Part shown: positions 10,776 through 21,543 of the stretch, piece after piece
How the letters are laid out: each line of letters begins with the position of its first letter
Position numbering within the stretch: the stretch's first letter is position 1
DNA from: an uncultured delta proteobacterium
GTDB lineage: Bacteria > Myxococcota_A > Polyangia > Polyangiales > Polyangiaceae
DNA length: 64,000 nt
Assembly: GCA_963806225.1 (NCBI GenBank)
Contig: CAWDXG010000004.1
Span: 1,920,001-1,984,000 of the forward strand
Direction of reading: 5' to 3'
Notes under the pieces: generated by a model
The model's input: the letters and a program-made list of their open reading frames with translations, nothing else
Told to the model about the DNA's origin: nothing
Database searches by the model: none
Program-made: the position numbers and the translations under genes

Positions 10776-12470
10776 CTACTCGTCGAGCAGCGACTGGATC
10801 GGCTGTCCCGGCTCGGCCTTGACGAGCGTCGCCGCTAGATCGAGCGACTCCGGCATCAGACCCTGGACCTGCGAGACAACCTGCTCGACCACCTGCCGGC
10901 CCTCTTCGACACTGGGACCGGTCATGGCGACCGCAAACTTGAGGGGGCCCATGCGCCCCGCTGTCACCGGGACGATGCTCAAGAGCAGCATCTCGGTGAG
11001 CTCGACAACCCGCTGCGCAGCGCGCCGGAGCGCCAGCATCTCCAGGATGGTCGGGCGGTCACTCGCGTGACGATTGGGCCCACGGATATGGTAGCGCGCG
11101 ACGGAAAGCGGAACATTGTCCCACTCGGCGAAGCCGCTGTCGTCGGCCAGGGCCAGCATCAACTGATCGCGGACCAGGAGGCCGGTCAGCCCGTCACGAC
11201 GGTCGAGGTACGCCTTCGCGCGCTGGTGCTGCGGCGAACCGTCGTGGAAGCTCACCAGCTTCATGCGGCACTCGCCGAGCTGCGCCTCGCCGCCGTGCAG
11301 CAGCGTCACGCTCTTCTTGCGCTCGAAGCTGTGGTCGGCATAGCTGCCGTTGGTGCTGCCGTTGTCCTCGATCAGCCAGGACCCCGACTGCCAGCGCGCA
11401 ACGGCGTGAGCGCCCGAGACCGTGGCTTCGGGCAACGGGATATCCTGGTTGCTCCTGCGGCCGATGGTCATCACCGGCTTGTCGAGCGAGAACAGACGCC
11501 CGGCGACCTCCGTGGCGTTGGTTGCGAAGGTGACCAGCAATGCCTGGGCGCCCGGCACGAACGCCTCGGTAATGGCGCGCCCCAGCGGCGGCCCCGGCGA
11601 GAGGCGCTCGCGCGGTATCTGCACCTGGCTGGTGGTCAGCGCCGTCGGGTTGAAGAAGCGCAGGTGGCGTGCGGCCGGGCGTATGGCGGGGTCGTCGCCG
11701 AGGCATCGGAACACCTGCTTGACCTCGTCCACGGAGAGGCCAGCCGGCACGTCGAACATGATCTGCGAGCGCATGGGCTTGGCGCGTGGCCGGTAGCCGG
11801 GTTCCGGAACGCGACAGGTCCACATCTCCCACAGCGTCAGACCCAGCGCGTACATGTCGTCTTCGGGACTGGCACCGCCCGAGCGAAGGCGCTCGGGCGC
11901 CATGTAGTTGGGCGTGCCGCCATCTGGAGGAGCACCCGGCCGCCGCGCGCTGAGGCGCGCGCGCTCCTGCGCGAAGCCGAAGTCCAGGATCACCGCGCGG
12001 TCGTTGGTGACCATCACGTTGCCCGGCTTGAGATCGCCGTGCACGAGGCCCTGCGCGTGGATCGCAGCCAGCCCCGCGCTGGCCTCACTGGCGATCTTGC
12101 GGAATTCGTCGGCCGTGTAGCCTCCCTGGGCTTTGCGGCGGCGGATATGCGTGTGCAGCGTCTGGCCAGCGATGTGCTCCATCACCAGGATCGGGCCCCA
12201 GGGGCTCGGAGCCAGGTCGTGGACACGACACACGTTGGGGTGACTGACCGAGCGGGCGAGCAGCAGTTCCTGACGCAGAGCCTCGTCGTCGCCGGGCATG
12301 CGCGACTCCTCGCGGACGACCTTCAACGCCACGGGTTGCTGCGTGCTGCGGTCGTAGGCGAGGAACACTTCCCCCATTCCGCCCTTGCCCAGACTCTGGC
12401 GGATCTCGTACCGGTCGTTGACGACCGTCCCGTGGCTCAACGGGGGATGATTTCTCGGAGATTGTGCCAT
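10776..12470 (-). CDS. Ser/Thr kinase with FHA domain and degenerate GGDEF-like C-terminus
   Basis: GKGGMGEV, HGDLKPGN, DFG, GTPNYMAPE; FHA TIGRRSNQDI..VSGAHA..DNGSTNG; DGLTGL..RMGPLKF. Confidence 0.85.
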   Translation of the reverse strand: MAQSPRNHPPLSHGTVVNDRYEIRQSLGKGGMGEVFLAYDRSTQQPVALKVVREESRMPGDDEALRQELLLARSVSHPNVCRVHDLAPSPWGPILVMEHIAGQTLHTHIRRRKAQGGYTADEFRKIASEASAGLAAIHAQGLVHGDLKPGNVMVTNDRAVILDFGFAQERARLSARRPGAPPDGGTPNYMAPERLRSGGASPEDDMYALGLTLWEMWTCRVPEPGYRPRAKPMRSQIMFDVPAGLSVDEVKQVFRCLGDDPAIRPAARHLRFFNPTALTTSQVQIPRERLSPGPPLGRAITEAFVPGAQALLVTFATNATEVAGRLFSLDKPVMTIGRRSNQDIPLPEATVSGAHAVARWQSGSWLIEDNGSTNGSYADHSFERKKSVTLLHGGEAQLGECRMKLVSFHDGSPQHQRAKAYLDRRDGLTGLLVRDQLMLALADDSGFAEWDNVPLSVARYHIRGPNRHASDRPTILEMLALRRAAQRVVELTEMLLLSIVPVTAGRMGPLKFAVAMTGPSVEEGRQVVEQVVSQVQGLMPESLDLAATLVKAEPGQPIQSLLDE

Positions 12471-12669
12471 GCGGGAAGAGGAGTAGCCCTCGGGTCCGGA
12501 CGCCTCCGGTAGCGTCGTCAATCTTGTCGGATACTGCAATCCGCTCTGCACCGAATCGCCGGCGCAGGCTCCAGCCCTCTGCGGGCCGGGTTGGCGGCGT
12601 GGACAGCGGCAAACCGCTCGTGGTATCCCGCCGCCCGGTGGGCGCAAAGCACCCACCCGCGAGCAAGGC

Positions 12670-12840
12670 GAGCCCGGTGACCGCTTCCCTCCCAGGACGC
12701 GGCGCCAGGCACGGGAAGCCGGTGCAAAGCCGGCGCGGCCCCCGCCACTGTGACCGGCTACGAAGGCGGACAGAGCCACTGGGCAGAGAGCCCGGGAAGG
12801 GTCCGTCGGAGGATGATCCGGGAGTCAGGAGACCGGCCAA
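12670..12840 (+). ncRNA. Cobalamin (B12) riboswitch
   Basis: Conserved blocks in order: GGGAAGCCGGTGCAAAGCCGGCGCGGCCCCCGCCACTGTG, GCCACTGGG...CCCGGGAAGG, GAGTCAGGAGACCGGCC; lies 5' of a + strand gene. Confidence 0.92.
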
Positions 12841-13026
12841 GCTCGTGGCTTTCCGTCCAATCCAGGCCGGAGAGCAGGTCCGGAATCGGCTCCGCGGGGT
12901 GAGGGAGCGGCGGAACCAGCCGGCCCCGTGCCGACCTTCCGGTCGCCCCCGCTACCCAGAGAGCCCCCGATCCACCGAACGGCGGACCGGGACAACCGCC
13001 GCGGGTGTGCGGCACAGGAGGCGGAG

Positions 13027-14415
13027 ATGGCACGTCACTGGATGGCAACGGTTCTCGTCGGGCTGGCGGCAGCCGGACTCGCGGCAGGCTGCAACGACAA
13101 CGAAGTGACTGCGCTGCCCGCCGACGGCGGCGCGGGGCTCGGCGGGACGGGCGGCTCGGGCGGCGCCGGAAGCGGCGGCAGCGCGGGCACGGACGGGGGC
13201 GGCGGAACCGCCGGAACCGGCGGCAGCGCCGGCCTGGACGGGGGGGCTGGAAGCGGCGGCGGCGTGGGCGTCGATGGAGGCGACGCGGGACCACCGCCCG
13301 GGACGAATCCCGTCGGCGTCGTGGTCGTGCCGGGCGCCCAGACCGACGGCGGCAGCAAGACCCCACGTCTGCTGGTGGCGGGCACCGATTTCGCGACCAC
13401 CACCGAGATCGCCAGCGTCGACGTGGCGGCGAAGACAGTGACGGGCCGGCTCAGCGTGAACGACGGCGATGCCGTGCCGGAAGCCAGCGGCGGCCTGGGC
13501 TTCGTACTGGAACGCACCAACGGCCGGGTCGATCTGCTCGCACCGGACGGAACGCTCGACAAGGCGTTCGACGTGGCGCAGACGGGCAGCGGCAGTGCCA
13601 TCGCCACGACGCGCGCCTACGTGCCGCTCTACGACGACAACCGCGTCGCCGTGCTGGATCTGGGCGCGGGCATCGTTTCGCACAGTCTGGATCTGTCTGG
13701 CTATCTCGACGCATCCGACGGCGACGGCTCGGTCGACGCGGACAACGCGGTCTACGACGCGCAGAGCGGCCGGTTGTATCTGACGCTGCAGCGCATCGAC
13801 CGCACCACGATCGTCGCGCCGAGCTACCAGCTCGCTTGCCCCACGGTGCCGAGCCTCTTGATCGCCTTCGACACGACGACCGACACGGAAGTCGACCTGA
13901 ACGGATCGGCGACTGGCAAGGCGATCGCGCTCGCCACGGTCAACCCGGATAGCGCGGTGCTGGACCAGGGCAAGCTCGTGATCCTGTCCGCCGGTTGTTT
14001 CGACACGTCCGACGGCGGCGCGACGCGCGTGAAACAGGGCATCGAGTCGATCGATCCGTCGACCGGACAGAGCTCGGTGCTCTACCAGCCCACCAACGAC
14101 GACTTCCTGGCGCGCATGCTACCGGTCGGCGCAGGGCAGACGCTCGTCGATCGCTTCGATTCGAACTTTGTCGAGCACTGGAACCGATACCAGATCGGCG
14201 CGAGCACGCTCGGCAGCGAGCTTGTGGGCTGGCCGGACGGCGTCAGCTACGACGGCTCGGGCGGCTTGTTCGGTGTGGCGACGACGAGCGGCGACGGCGG
14301 CAGCAATGTCGCGGTAGTGCGCTACGATCTGACCACCGGAACCGCGACGACGTTGTTGTCCTCGCCGTGGCAGGGTCCGGTGAGCAGCGCGGCCGGCACG
14401 GCGCTGGTCGAGTAG
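13027..14415 (+). CDS. Lipoprotein with Gly-rich linker and probable YncE-like beta-propeller; candidate B12-uptake protein
   Basis: GGAG RBS, lipobox LAAGC, beta-rich segments (RAYVPLYDDNRVAVLDL, GRLYLTLQRID); downstream of the riboswitch. Confidence 0.7.
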   Translation: MARHWMATVLVGLAAAGLAAGCNDNEVTALPADGGAGLGGTGGSGGAGSGGSAGTDGGGGTAGTGGSAGLDGGAGSGGGVGVDGGDAGPPPGTNPVGVVVVPGAQTDGGSKTPRLLVAGTDFATTTEIASVDVAAKTVTGRLSVNDGDAVPEASGGLGFVLERTNGRVDLLAPDGTLDKAFDVAQTGSGSAIATTRAYVPLYDDNRVAVLDLGAGIVSHSLDLSGYLDASDGDGSVDADNAVYDAQSGRLYLTLQRIDRTTIVAPSYQLACPTVPSLLIAFDTTTDTEVDLNGSATGKAIALATVNPDSAVLDQGKLVILSAGCFDTSDGGATRVKQGIESIDPSTGQSSVLYQPTNDDFLARMLPVGAGQTLVDRFDSNFVEHWNRYQIGASTLGSELVGWPDGVSYDGSGGLFGVATTSGDGGSNVAVVRYDLTTGTATTLLSSPWQGPVSSAAGTALVE

Positions 14416-14421
14416 GCCGGC

Positions 14422-16139
14422 TCAGCGCCCCCCGAGGTCGAGCTCCTCGATCCCGCACCACATCCACACCCGCTCCCGCGCCGCAGCCAGCATCAGCGGC
14501 GCGAGCGGGAGGGTACCCAACACCTGCGGCATGCGTGCGGAGCCGCCGAGAAGCCGGGGCAGAAGCGCCATCGCCAGAGGCAGCGGCTGCCCGCTCACCA
14601 GCTCGGGCTGGAGCCGGGCGCCGCCGCGACCGATGCGCGCGCGCACCTCCTCGAGCGCGGTGTCGAACCCCCCGAGACGATCGACGAGCCCGCGCGCCAG
14701 TGCGTCGCGCCCGCTCCAGACCCGCCCGCCCGCCAGCGGCTCGATCTCGGTCAGCGGACGGCGGCGGCCCTCGCTGACGACGCGGAGGAACGACCGGTAC
14801 ACGTCGTCGAGCTGGCGCTCCAGCGACTTCGCGCTCGCCTTCGTCCAGGTGCCGGACCGGCGACTCCATGTCGGCGCGAGCGCCGCGCTTGACCACTTCG
14901 ACGCCGATGCCGATCCGCTCGAGCACCGGGCCGACGACGAAGCGCGCGGCGACGACGCCGATCGACCCGGTAATCGTCGTGGGCTGGGCCACGATCGCCT
15001 GCGCGCCGACTGCGACCATGTAGCCGCCGCTCGCCGCAGCGTTGCCCATGTACGCGACGACCGGCTTCTTCTGCGCGAGGCGCTTGAGCTCGTGCAGCAT
15101 GCGGTCCGAGGCGAGCGCGCTGCCACCGCGCGAATCGACGTGCACGACCACGCCGCGCATGCGCGGGTCGTCGAGCGCTCGCTTGATGGCAGTCGCGACA
15201 CCGGCTTCTTCTGCGGCCATCGGCAGCATGCCGAACGCGGGCTTGCCCGACGATGGGCCCGTGGACCTCGACCACGCCGATGCACGCGCGGACGCCGGAG
15301 CGGGCGCCAGCGGATGCGGCGACGCGCCAGGTAGCGCCCGGCACCTATCAGCGGCGCGCCGTCCTTGCTGCCCCGGGTCGAAAGGAGCTCGGGCGAGCTC
15401 GATCGTCGTACACCACGCGCGTCGGCGATGTGCTGGGCGACGGCGCTGTCGGCCGACCAGGGCCCACTGTTGATCCACTGCTCGGCGATGCCGCGCTCCA
15501 CGCCGCGCCCGGTCGCGAGCGCATCGACGAGCGTGTCCCACGCCACGTCGAGCAGCGCGTCGAGCTGCTCGCGCTGCGCATCGCTCATGCTGCGTGAGAC
15601 GAGCATCTCGCCGGCTGTCTTGTAGCGGCCGCGCGCGAACACCTCGGGCTCCACGCCCACCCGATCCAGCGCGTCCTTGAAGTACTGCGCTTCCACCGCA
15701 TAGCCGAGCGGGGAGACGAACGTCTCCGGCCCGAGCAGCACACGCTCGGCAGCGGAGGCCACGTAGAGCCCGCTCGTGCTGGCGCCTTCGGGCAGGTAGA
15801 CGACCACGCGCTTGCCGCGCTGCGCGTGCCAGGAGCAGCACATCGCGCAGCGACTTGGCCGTGGCGCTACCGCCGGACAGATGCTTGATGCTCGACCAGG
15901 ATCCCGGCGACCCGCCCGTCCAGAGCGGCCAGCTCCACCACGCGCCTCAGGCGCTCGAGCGCCAGCGGCCGCGGCCGGCGGTCCCAGAACGGCAGCCGGG
16001 GGGCGACCTCGACGACGGGGCCATCGACCTCGACGCGGAGCCATCCGCCGCGCTGCGCCGCGCGGCGGCGGCGCAGCGCCAGCAGGGGCCACCAGCTGAG
16101 CAGCCACAGATCGACGAGCAGAGACAGGATCAGGCGCAT
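14422..16139 (-). CDS. sppA: Signal peptide peptidase SppA (S49, two-domain form); multiple frameshifts
   Basis: VEPEVFARGRYKTAGE, VDSRGGSALASD, KPVVAYMGNAAASGGY, TITGSIGV, AGGRVWSGRDALARGLVDRLGGF. Confidence 0.85.
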
Positions 16140-16202
16140 GCGACGCCCTCTTCCTAGGACCGGGCTGTCCTGAAGTCCACGGCCCCCTGCGCGAATCCGG
16201 GG

Positions 16203-17254
16203 TCAGTCCAGCGACGAAAGGCGCTCGGTTCCGATGCTGATCAGCCGGTCCCCTGCCTTCACCTTGAAGCCGCTCTCGACGTTGATCAGTGTCTCCGCAC
16301 CACGACGCACGCCGATCGCCAGGTGACCCTTGTCCTGGCAGACACTGGCCAGGCTGGAGTACGCCACTTCCTTCTTGCTCTCGTAGAGCGTCAGGTAGAT
16401 CTGCTGCCCGCGCAGCGTGGTCGTCAGCTGATCGATGACTTCCTGCACGCCGGGGTTCATCAGCTCGGCTCCGAGGAAGTGGGCGTCGAAGTGCGACGTG
16501 CACACGATGCCGTCGCAACCCGCCTTGCGCAACAGCTCCTGGGTCGAGAAATCGACGCACTCGACGACACTGTAGACGCTGCTACTGCGCGCCTCCAGCG
16601 CGAGCGTGATCGCGACGTTTCGCTCGTCGGATCGCGGGTTGCCGGGTTCGCGGGAAAGTACCAGTGCGTAGGCAGCGGTGTCGATGCTGGCGCGTGTCAG
16701 CGTTGCGTCGCGCGCCGGGTTGCCGCGCACGAAGCGCACACCCCGCGAGTCGCAGCTCCGCCGGCAGCTCGGGCAGCTCCTCGTCGATCGAGCACCACCT
16801 GGCGGCCAATATGACGCTCGTCGTGGGCCAGCTCGTCCAGCACGCGCAGGAGCTTGCCTACGCCGGGGAAGTTCAGGATGACGAGGTGGTCCTTGAGCTT
16901 GAAGTCGCTCATGCCGTGCAGCTCCTTGGTCTTCGCTTCGACCAGCGCGGTAGCGGCAATGCTCAGCACGTAGCCGAGCAGGCCGATCCCGAAGAACATC
17001 AGCGGGACGCCGACGATGAAACGGCCGCCGGGCGTCGTGGGGTAGAGGTCGCCGTAGCCAACCGTCGTGACCGTCACGAACGAGTACCAGAACCCGTCCA
17101 GCCAGGTCAGCTGCGGGTTGTTCGGCAGCTCGAAGTACAGAAACCCGGTCGACCCGTACAGGAGGAGCGCCGCGGCAAGCGAGAGCACGCGCAGCGGCGC
17201 GGGCGGACTGCGCACCACCCGATGGCCGAACAGGCGCATCAGCACCTGGATCAT
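16203..17254 (-). CDS. MthK-type two-TM potassium channel with RCK (TrkA-N) domain; frameshifted near 16745-16800
   Basis: Selectivity filter TVTTVGYGD; KDHLVILNF; FVRGNPARDATLTRASI; LRKAGCDGIV. Confidence 0.88.
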
Positions 17255-17279
17255 GGCCGGCACCTCGCGTCCGCTGCCG

Positions 17280-17858
17280 TCACTTGGCCTCCAGCTGCCA
17301 CTGACGGCCGAGCAGATCCGCGCGCTTCGCGACGGCGTCGTCTCCCCACAGGCCGCGACGCTCCGCGCGCGCTGTTTCCTGCGCCTGCAGATACAGCGAC
17401 ATGGAAGGGAACGGGTAGACCGTGAAGACCATGACGAGACCGCGGCGCACCAGCTCGAGGCCGACGTTCCGGCCCCCGACGAACAGCTCTGCGAGGGTGC
17501 GGCCGTGCTTGTCCTGCGGAGGATTGTTCAGGAGCACGCGCACCGGCTTGTCCTGCATGAGCTGCTTCATCGCCTGCTCCGCCTCGGCGCCGAAACGCGA
17601 CGAGACATCGCGAGCGGGGTGATCCTCGAACGACTTGATACCGAGGATGCGGACGGCGACGCTCTGCTTGTCGGCGTTGTCGACCAGAACCGTGTCGCCG
17701 TCGACCACCTTCGAGAGCTGGACGATGTCGCCGGTGGTCAGGGTGGCTTCGCTGCGCTGCACGGCGCGGCGGCGCGACTCGGCGCTCACGCCAAAGAACA
17801 GCGACGCACCCAACAGGCACGTGAGAAGCAACCAGAAAACACGAGTCCCCGGGTCCAC
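17280..17858 (-). CDS. Thermonuclease (SNase-like) family exported protein
   Basis: KVVDGDTV, VRILGI, DKHGRTLAELF, ELVRRGL, ARAERRGLWG. Confidence 0.85.
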   Translation of the reverse strand: MDPGTRVFWLLLTCLLGASLFFGVSAESRRRAVQRSEATLTTGDIVQLSKVVDGDTVLVDNADKQSVAVRILGIKSFEDHPARDVSSRFGAEAEQAMKQLMQDKPVRVLLNNPPQDKHGRTLAELFVGGRNVGLELVRRGLVMVFTVYPFPSMSLYLQAQETARAERRGLWGDDAVAKRADLLGRQWQLEAK

Positions 17859-17960
17859 GGCCGGCGACCCTAACAGGGACGACGGCCTGGAAACACATGA
17901 GCGGAGCCGCCGATGCCGCGCCGCGGCGTGCGCGAGCTGAAATTCGTGATTAATTTACAT

Positions 17961-18194
17961 ATGATGCGACAGGTTCTGCTCATGACTTCCGCCCTGCTGC
18001 TGGCCCTCGGGCTGGCCGCGTGCGGAGGAGCGGCAACGTCGCTGCCCGCCCAGCCTCCGCCGCGGCAGTCCCAGCCGCGAACGGAGGTGACGGCGCCCCA
18101 ACGGGAGCCGGCGCCCCAGCTCATCGCGCCGCCTCCCGCGTACGGCAACAAGATCGTGATGGCGCAGGGCCCAGCCCCGCGCTCCACCAACTGA
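17961..18194 (+). CDS. Small Pro-rich lipoprotein
   Basis: Lipobox LAAC; APPPAYGNKIV; AT-rich leader. Confidence 0.6.
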   Translation: MMRQVLLMTSALLLALGLAACGGAATSLPAQPPPRQSQPRTEVTAPQREPAPQLIAPPPAYGNKIVMAQGPAPRSTN

Positions 18195-18402
18195 CGGGTA
18201 GCGATTTCCCGACTCCCTTTCCCCGGGCCTCCCGGCGGCCCTCGACACAGTCCTGCACGGTCGAGGAGACGGGAAAGCTTTGTGCCGCAGCGCGTCGAGC
18301 AAGGCGCAGGGTAGGCAACCTGCCCAGCCTTGCTGGGCCCGGACCGGTGGCGTACCGTGAATCGCTGCGCACCTCGCCCGGAAGCACCGAGGAGATGCCC
18401 CC

Positions 18403-19530
18403 ATGCGACTGCCTTTCCTGAAGCCCGCCTCCTTGCTGTTCGTGTGCTCGCTGTTCGCGGTGTCCGCCTGCGGCGGTGGCAACAGCAACAGCTCCAGCAA
18501 TGGTGGCTCGGGCGGCAGCGGTGGATCGGGCGGCAAGGGTGGCTCGGGCGGCACACAGATCCAGTGCCAGGAACCATCCCAGCTCGACGTGAGTGGAACC
18601 TGGGCGGCGAAGGTGCGGATGACGGTCAACCTGCAGGGAAAGTCGGGCGCCACGATCACGCTCTGCCCATCGAACCAGACCGCAGAAGCGACGCTCTACA
18701 TGTATCTGGACATGCAGCAGAACGCCTCCGACCCGACCACGATCGACAGCATCACGCCGCACGTCTGCTCCGTCACGCTGCCGGTGGTCTCGGGCCTGGT
18801 GGGCAGCTGCAATCTGCCGGCCGACCAGGACAAGCTGGTCAGCACCCAGCTGCAGATCCTGCCGCCGCTCCAGCAGGCGTTTCCCACCATCCAGCTCGCC
18901 CCCGTGACCGGAACGCTGGGCGGCGCCGCACCCGGAGCCAGCCTGACCGCACAGAAGCTCCTGTTCGTCGCGGGCAGTACCGAGCAGGGCGCGAACATGC
19001 CCGGCTGGAACACCACGGACCAGGCCTGCAACGTCCAGGCTGCGGGCCGGACCTCGCAATGCGACACCAACTGCGTCAGTGACTGCACCAAGCTGCGCGA
19101 CGACGACAACGACAACTACCCGGGCATCACGCTGGGTGTCTGCGGTCAGACTCAAGCGGACCAGCAGAGCAACGTGCCATGCCATACCGACGACCCGTCG
19201 ATCGCCGGAACCACGATCGAGGGCCGGGCCTGGCTCGACCTGCAGATCGACCCGACCCTCACGGGCACGGTGAAGAGCTCCTGCGAGGTGACGGGCCACG
19301 TCGACGCCTCCATCCTCTACAACGTGGTCGGGGGCGACGTGTGGCTGTCCAGCACGCCGTTGAACGTGACCGCTGCGATCACGAGCCTGCCTGACTTTTC
19401 CGTGGATCCCTCGAAGAGCGTCTATCGACTACTGCGGATCGACGGCCAGCACGGCGCACCGGACTGGAAGCTCGGCTCCGACCCGGTCCAGGCCTGCCAG
19501 GCGGTGCTGAAGAACAAGAACCTGCTCTAG
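18403..19530 (+). CDS. Hypothetical Cys-containing lipoprotein with Gly/Ser linker
   Basis: GAGGAG RBS, VSAC lipobox, DDDNDNYPGIT motif. Confidence 0.75.
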   Translation: MRLPFLKPASLLFVCSLFAVSACGGGNSNSSSNGGSGGSGGSGGKGGSGGTQIQCQEPSQLDVSGTWAAKVRMTVNLQGKSGATITLCPSNQTAEATLYMYLDMQQNASDPTTIDSITPHVCSVTLPVVSGLVGSCNLPADQDKLVSTQLQILPPLQQAFPTIQLAPVTGTLGGAAPGASLTAQKLLFVAGSTEQGANMPGWNTTDQACNVQAAGRTSQCDTNCVSDCTKLRDDDNDNYPGITLGVCGQTQADQQSNVPCHTDDPSIAGTTIEGRAWLDLQIDPTLTGTVKSSCEVTGHVDASILYNVVGGDVWLSSTPLNVTAAITSLPDFSVDPSKSVYRLLRIDGQHGAPDWKLGSDPVQACQAVLKNKNLL

Positions 19531-19627
19531 CCCCATGATCCGGCCGCTGGGCCGTCGCACCTTCCGACCCAAGACCCCCTTCCCGACAACGAGCGCCCGC
19601 GCGCAGCGCTGATATACTGAGAACGAC

Positions 19628-21460
19628 TTGACCAACCCCTCACCCGCCCACTTCACCGAACACGGTGAAGTGCGCCCCGGGATGCACCTGGGCCGCTACG
19701 AGATCCTGCTGGGCATCGCCCAGGGCGGCATGGCGCGCGTGTGGGCTGCCAAGCAGCACGGTCAGCGCGGTTTCAGCAAGACCGTCGCCATCAAGACCAT
19801 CCTGCCTGCGCTGGCGAGCGACCCCGAGTTCGAGACCATGTTCCTCGACGAGGCGCGCGTCGCCTCCGGCGTGCACCACCCCAACGTGTGCGAGATCTTC
19901 GATCTCGGCGAGGAGAACGGCGTCCTGTACCTGGCGATGGACTGGGTCAACGGCGACAGCCTGGCCCGCATCCTCAAGCCCGGGTCCACCACCCCCGGGG
20001 GCCCGAAGACGGCGATCAGGATCAACGCGCGGATTGCGGCGCGGATCGTTTCCGACGCCAGTGCCGGCCTGCACGCCGCCCACGAGCTGTGCGACGTGGA
20101 CGGCAATCGGCTCAACGTCGTGCATCGGGACGTGTCGCCGCAGAACATCCTGGTGTCGCTCGACGGCAACGTGAAGGTCACCGACTTCGGCGTGGCCAAA
20201 GCGCTAGGCAGCGCTCATGAAGCCACCATGGCCGGCCAGATCAAGGGCAAGGCCGCGTACATGGCACCCGAGCAGGCTTCGGGCGGACGTATCGATCGGC
20301 GCAGCGACATCTTCGCGCTCGGTATCGTGCTGTACGAGATCACGACCGGCCAGCGGCCGTTCACCGGAGACAACCAGGTCGCGACCCTCAAGGCCCTGAT
20401 GGAGGGCCGTTTCGATCCTCCGAGCGCGCTGGTGCCGGGCTACCCGCGCGAGCTGGAAACCATCGCGCTGCGCGCGCTCGCCATGGATCCGATGCAGCGC
20501 TTCCCGACCGCGGACCGCATGCGAGTCGCACTGGAAGAGTGGCTCGCTCGTTCCGGGCCCGTCGTCACACAGACGCAGGTCGCGGGCGTCGTTCGCGAAC
20601 GGCTCGGGCACGTGATCGAGGAACGACGGGGCCGGATCCGGCAGATGCTGCAGGCGAGCAACCCCGGGCGCGCGTCGACCGGAAGCTCCTCGATGCCGGG
20701 AGAAACCTCCAGCTCGAAGATCTCGCATCCGAGCCAGACCAGCAACCCCAGCCAGACCAGCAACCCCAGCCAGACCAGCAATCCCAGCAGCAGCGCGGTC
20801 AGCCACGTCGCTTCGGCGCCCGGGCTGAGCGGCGTGGCAACGGGCACGCCACCGCCCACGACTGCCCGGCGAGGCACAGCCAGCACTGCGCTACTGGGCG
20901 TCAGCATCGGCCTGGGGGCGTTCGTCGTGATCGCCGGGTTGGGATTCGGCGGCTGGGCCCTGCTCAGGCAGCACCGCACCGCGGCCGCAGCGCCCCACTC
21001 CGCCGCCGTGCCGGTGGCCGCGCCTTCGCAGGCTCCTGCCCCCACCTCATTGGCCACGGATTCAACGGCTGCCGCTGGCCCCGCGGGAGCGGCAGCCGTC
21101 ATCCAGCTCCACAACGTCATCCCCAAGTCGGGAGTGTCGTTCGCGCTGGATGGCAAGCCGCTCACGGGACGGCAAAAGCAGATCCCGAGGCCGCCTCACG
21201 GCAAGGTCGCCTTGCTCACGGTCAAGGCGGACGGCTACCACCAGGACGTGCTCCGCATCGACGACAACACGCCCGACGTGCTGGACATCCTGCTGGCCAA
21301 GGTCGAGCCCGGCACGGAGATCGCGCCGAAGCCCACGGCGGCGGCCACGCCGCACTCGAACTGGCACCCGCCGACCCCCGCCAAGCCGACCCCGATATCG
21401 AAACCGCCGGAGAAAAAGAAGCCGGCAATCAAGCCGGACATTCCGGATAACCCGTTCTAG
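19628..21460 (+). CDS. Membrane Ser/Thr kinase (kinase, TM, Pro-rich extracytoplasmic region)
   Basis: AQGGMARVW, HRDVSPQNIL, DFGVAKA, GKAAYMAPEQ; TM LLGVSIGLGAFVVIAGLGFGGW; C-terminal DNPF. Confidence 0.9.
   Translation: MTNPSPAHFTEHGEVRPGMHLGRYEILLGIAQGGMARVWAAKQHGQRGFSKTVAIKTILPALASDPEFETMFLDEARVASGVHHPNVCEIFDLGEENGVLYLAMDWVNGDSLARILKPGSTTPGGPKTAIRINARIAARIVSDASAGLHAAHELCDVDGNRLNVVHRDVSPQNILVSLDGNVKVTDFGVAKALGSAHEATMAGQIKGKAAYMAPEQASGGRIDRRSDIFALGIVLYEITTGQRPFTGDNQVATLKALMEGRFDPPSALVPGYPRELETIALRALAMDPMQRFPTADRMRVALEEWLARSGPVVTQTQVAGVVRERLGHVIEERRGRIRQMLQASNPGRASTGSSSMPGETSSSKISHPSQTSNPSQTSNPSQTSNPSSSAVSHVASAPGLSGVATGTPPPTTARRGTASTALLGVSIGLGAFVVIAGLGFGGWALLRQHRTAAAAPHSAAVPVAAPSQAPAPTSLATDSTAAAGPAGAAAVIQLHNVIPKSGVSFALDGKPLTGRQKQIPRPPHGKVALLTVKADGYHQDVLRIDDNTPDVLDILLAKVEPGTEIAPKPTAAATPHSNWHPPTPAKPTPISKPPEKKKPAIKPDIPDNPF
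20732..20788 (+). repeat. 3 x 18-bp in-frame tandem repeat (SQTSNP) in the kinase linker
   Basis: AGCCAGACCAGCAACCCC three times, the last copy with one mismatch. Confidence 0.9.
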
Positions 21461-21543
21461 GCCCGGGGCCCTCCAGGTCGCCGGCGGGCGCGTCCCGGCG
21501 TTCGACGGTTCCCGTCTCGGATGGCATGGTCTAGATTCCAGGG

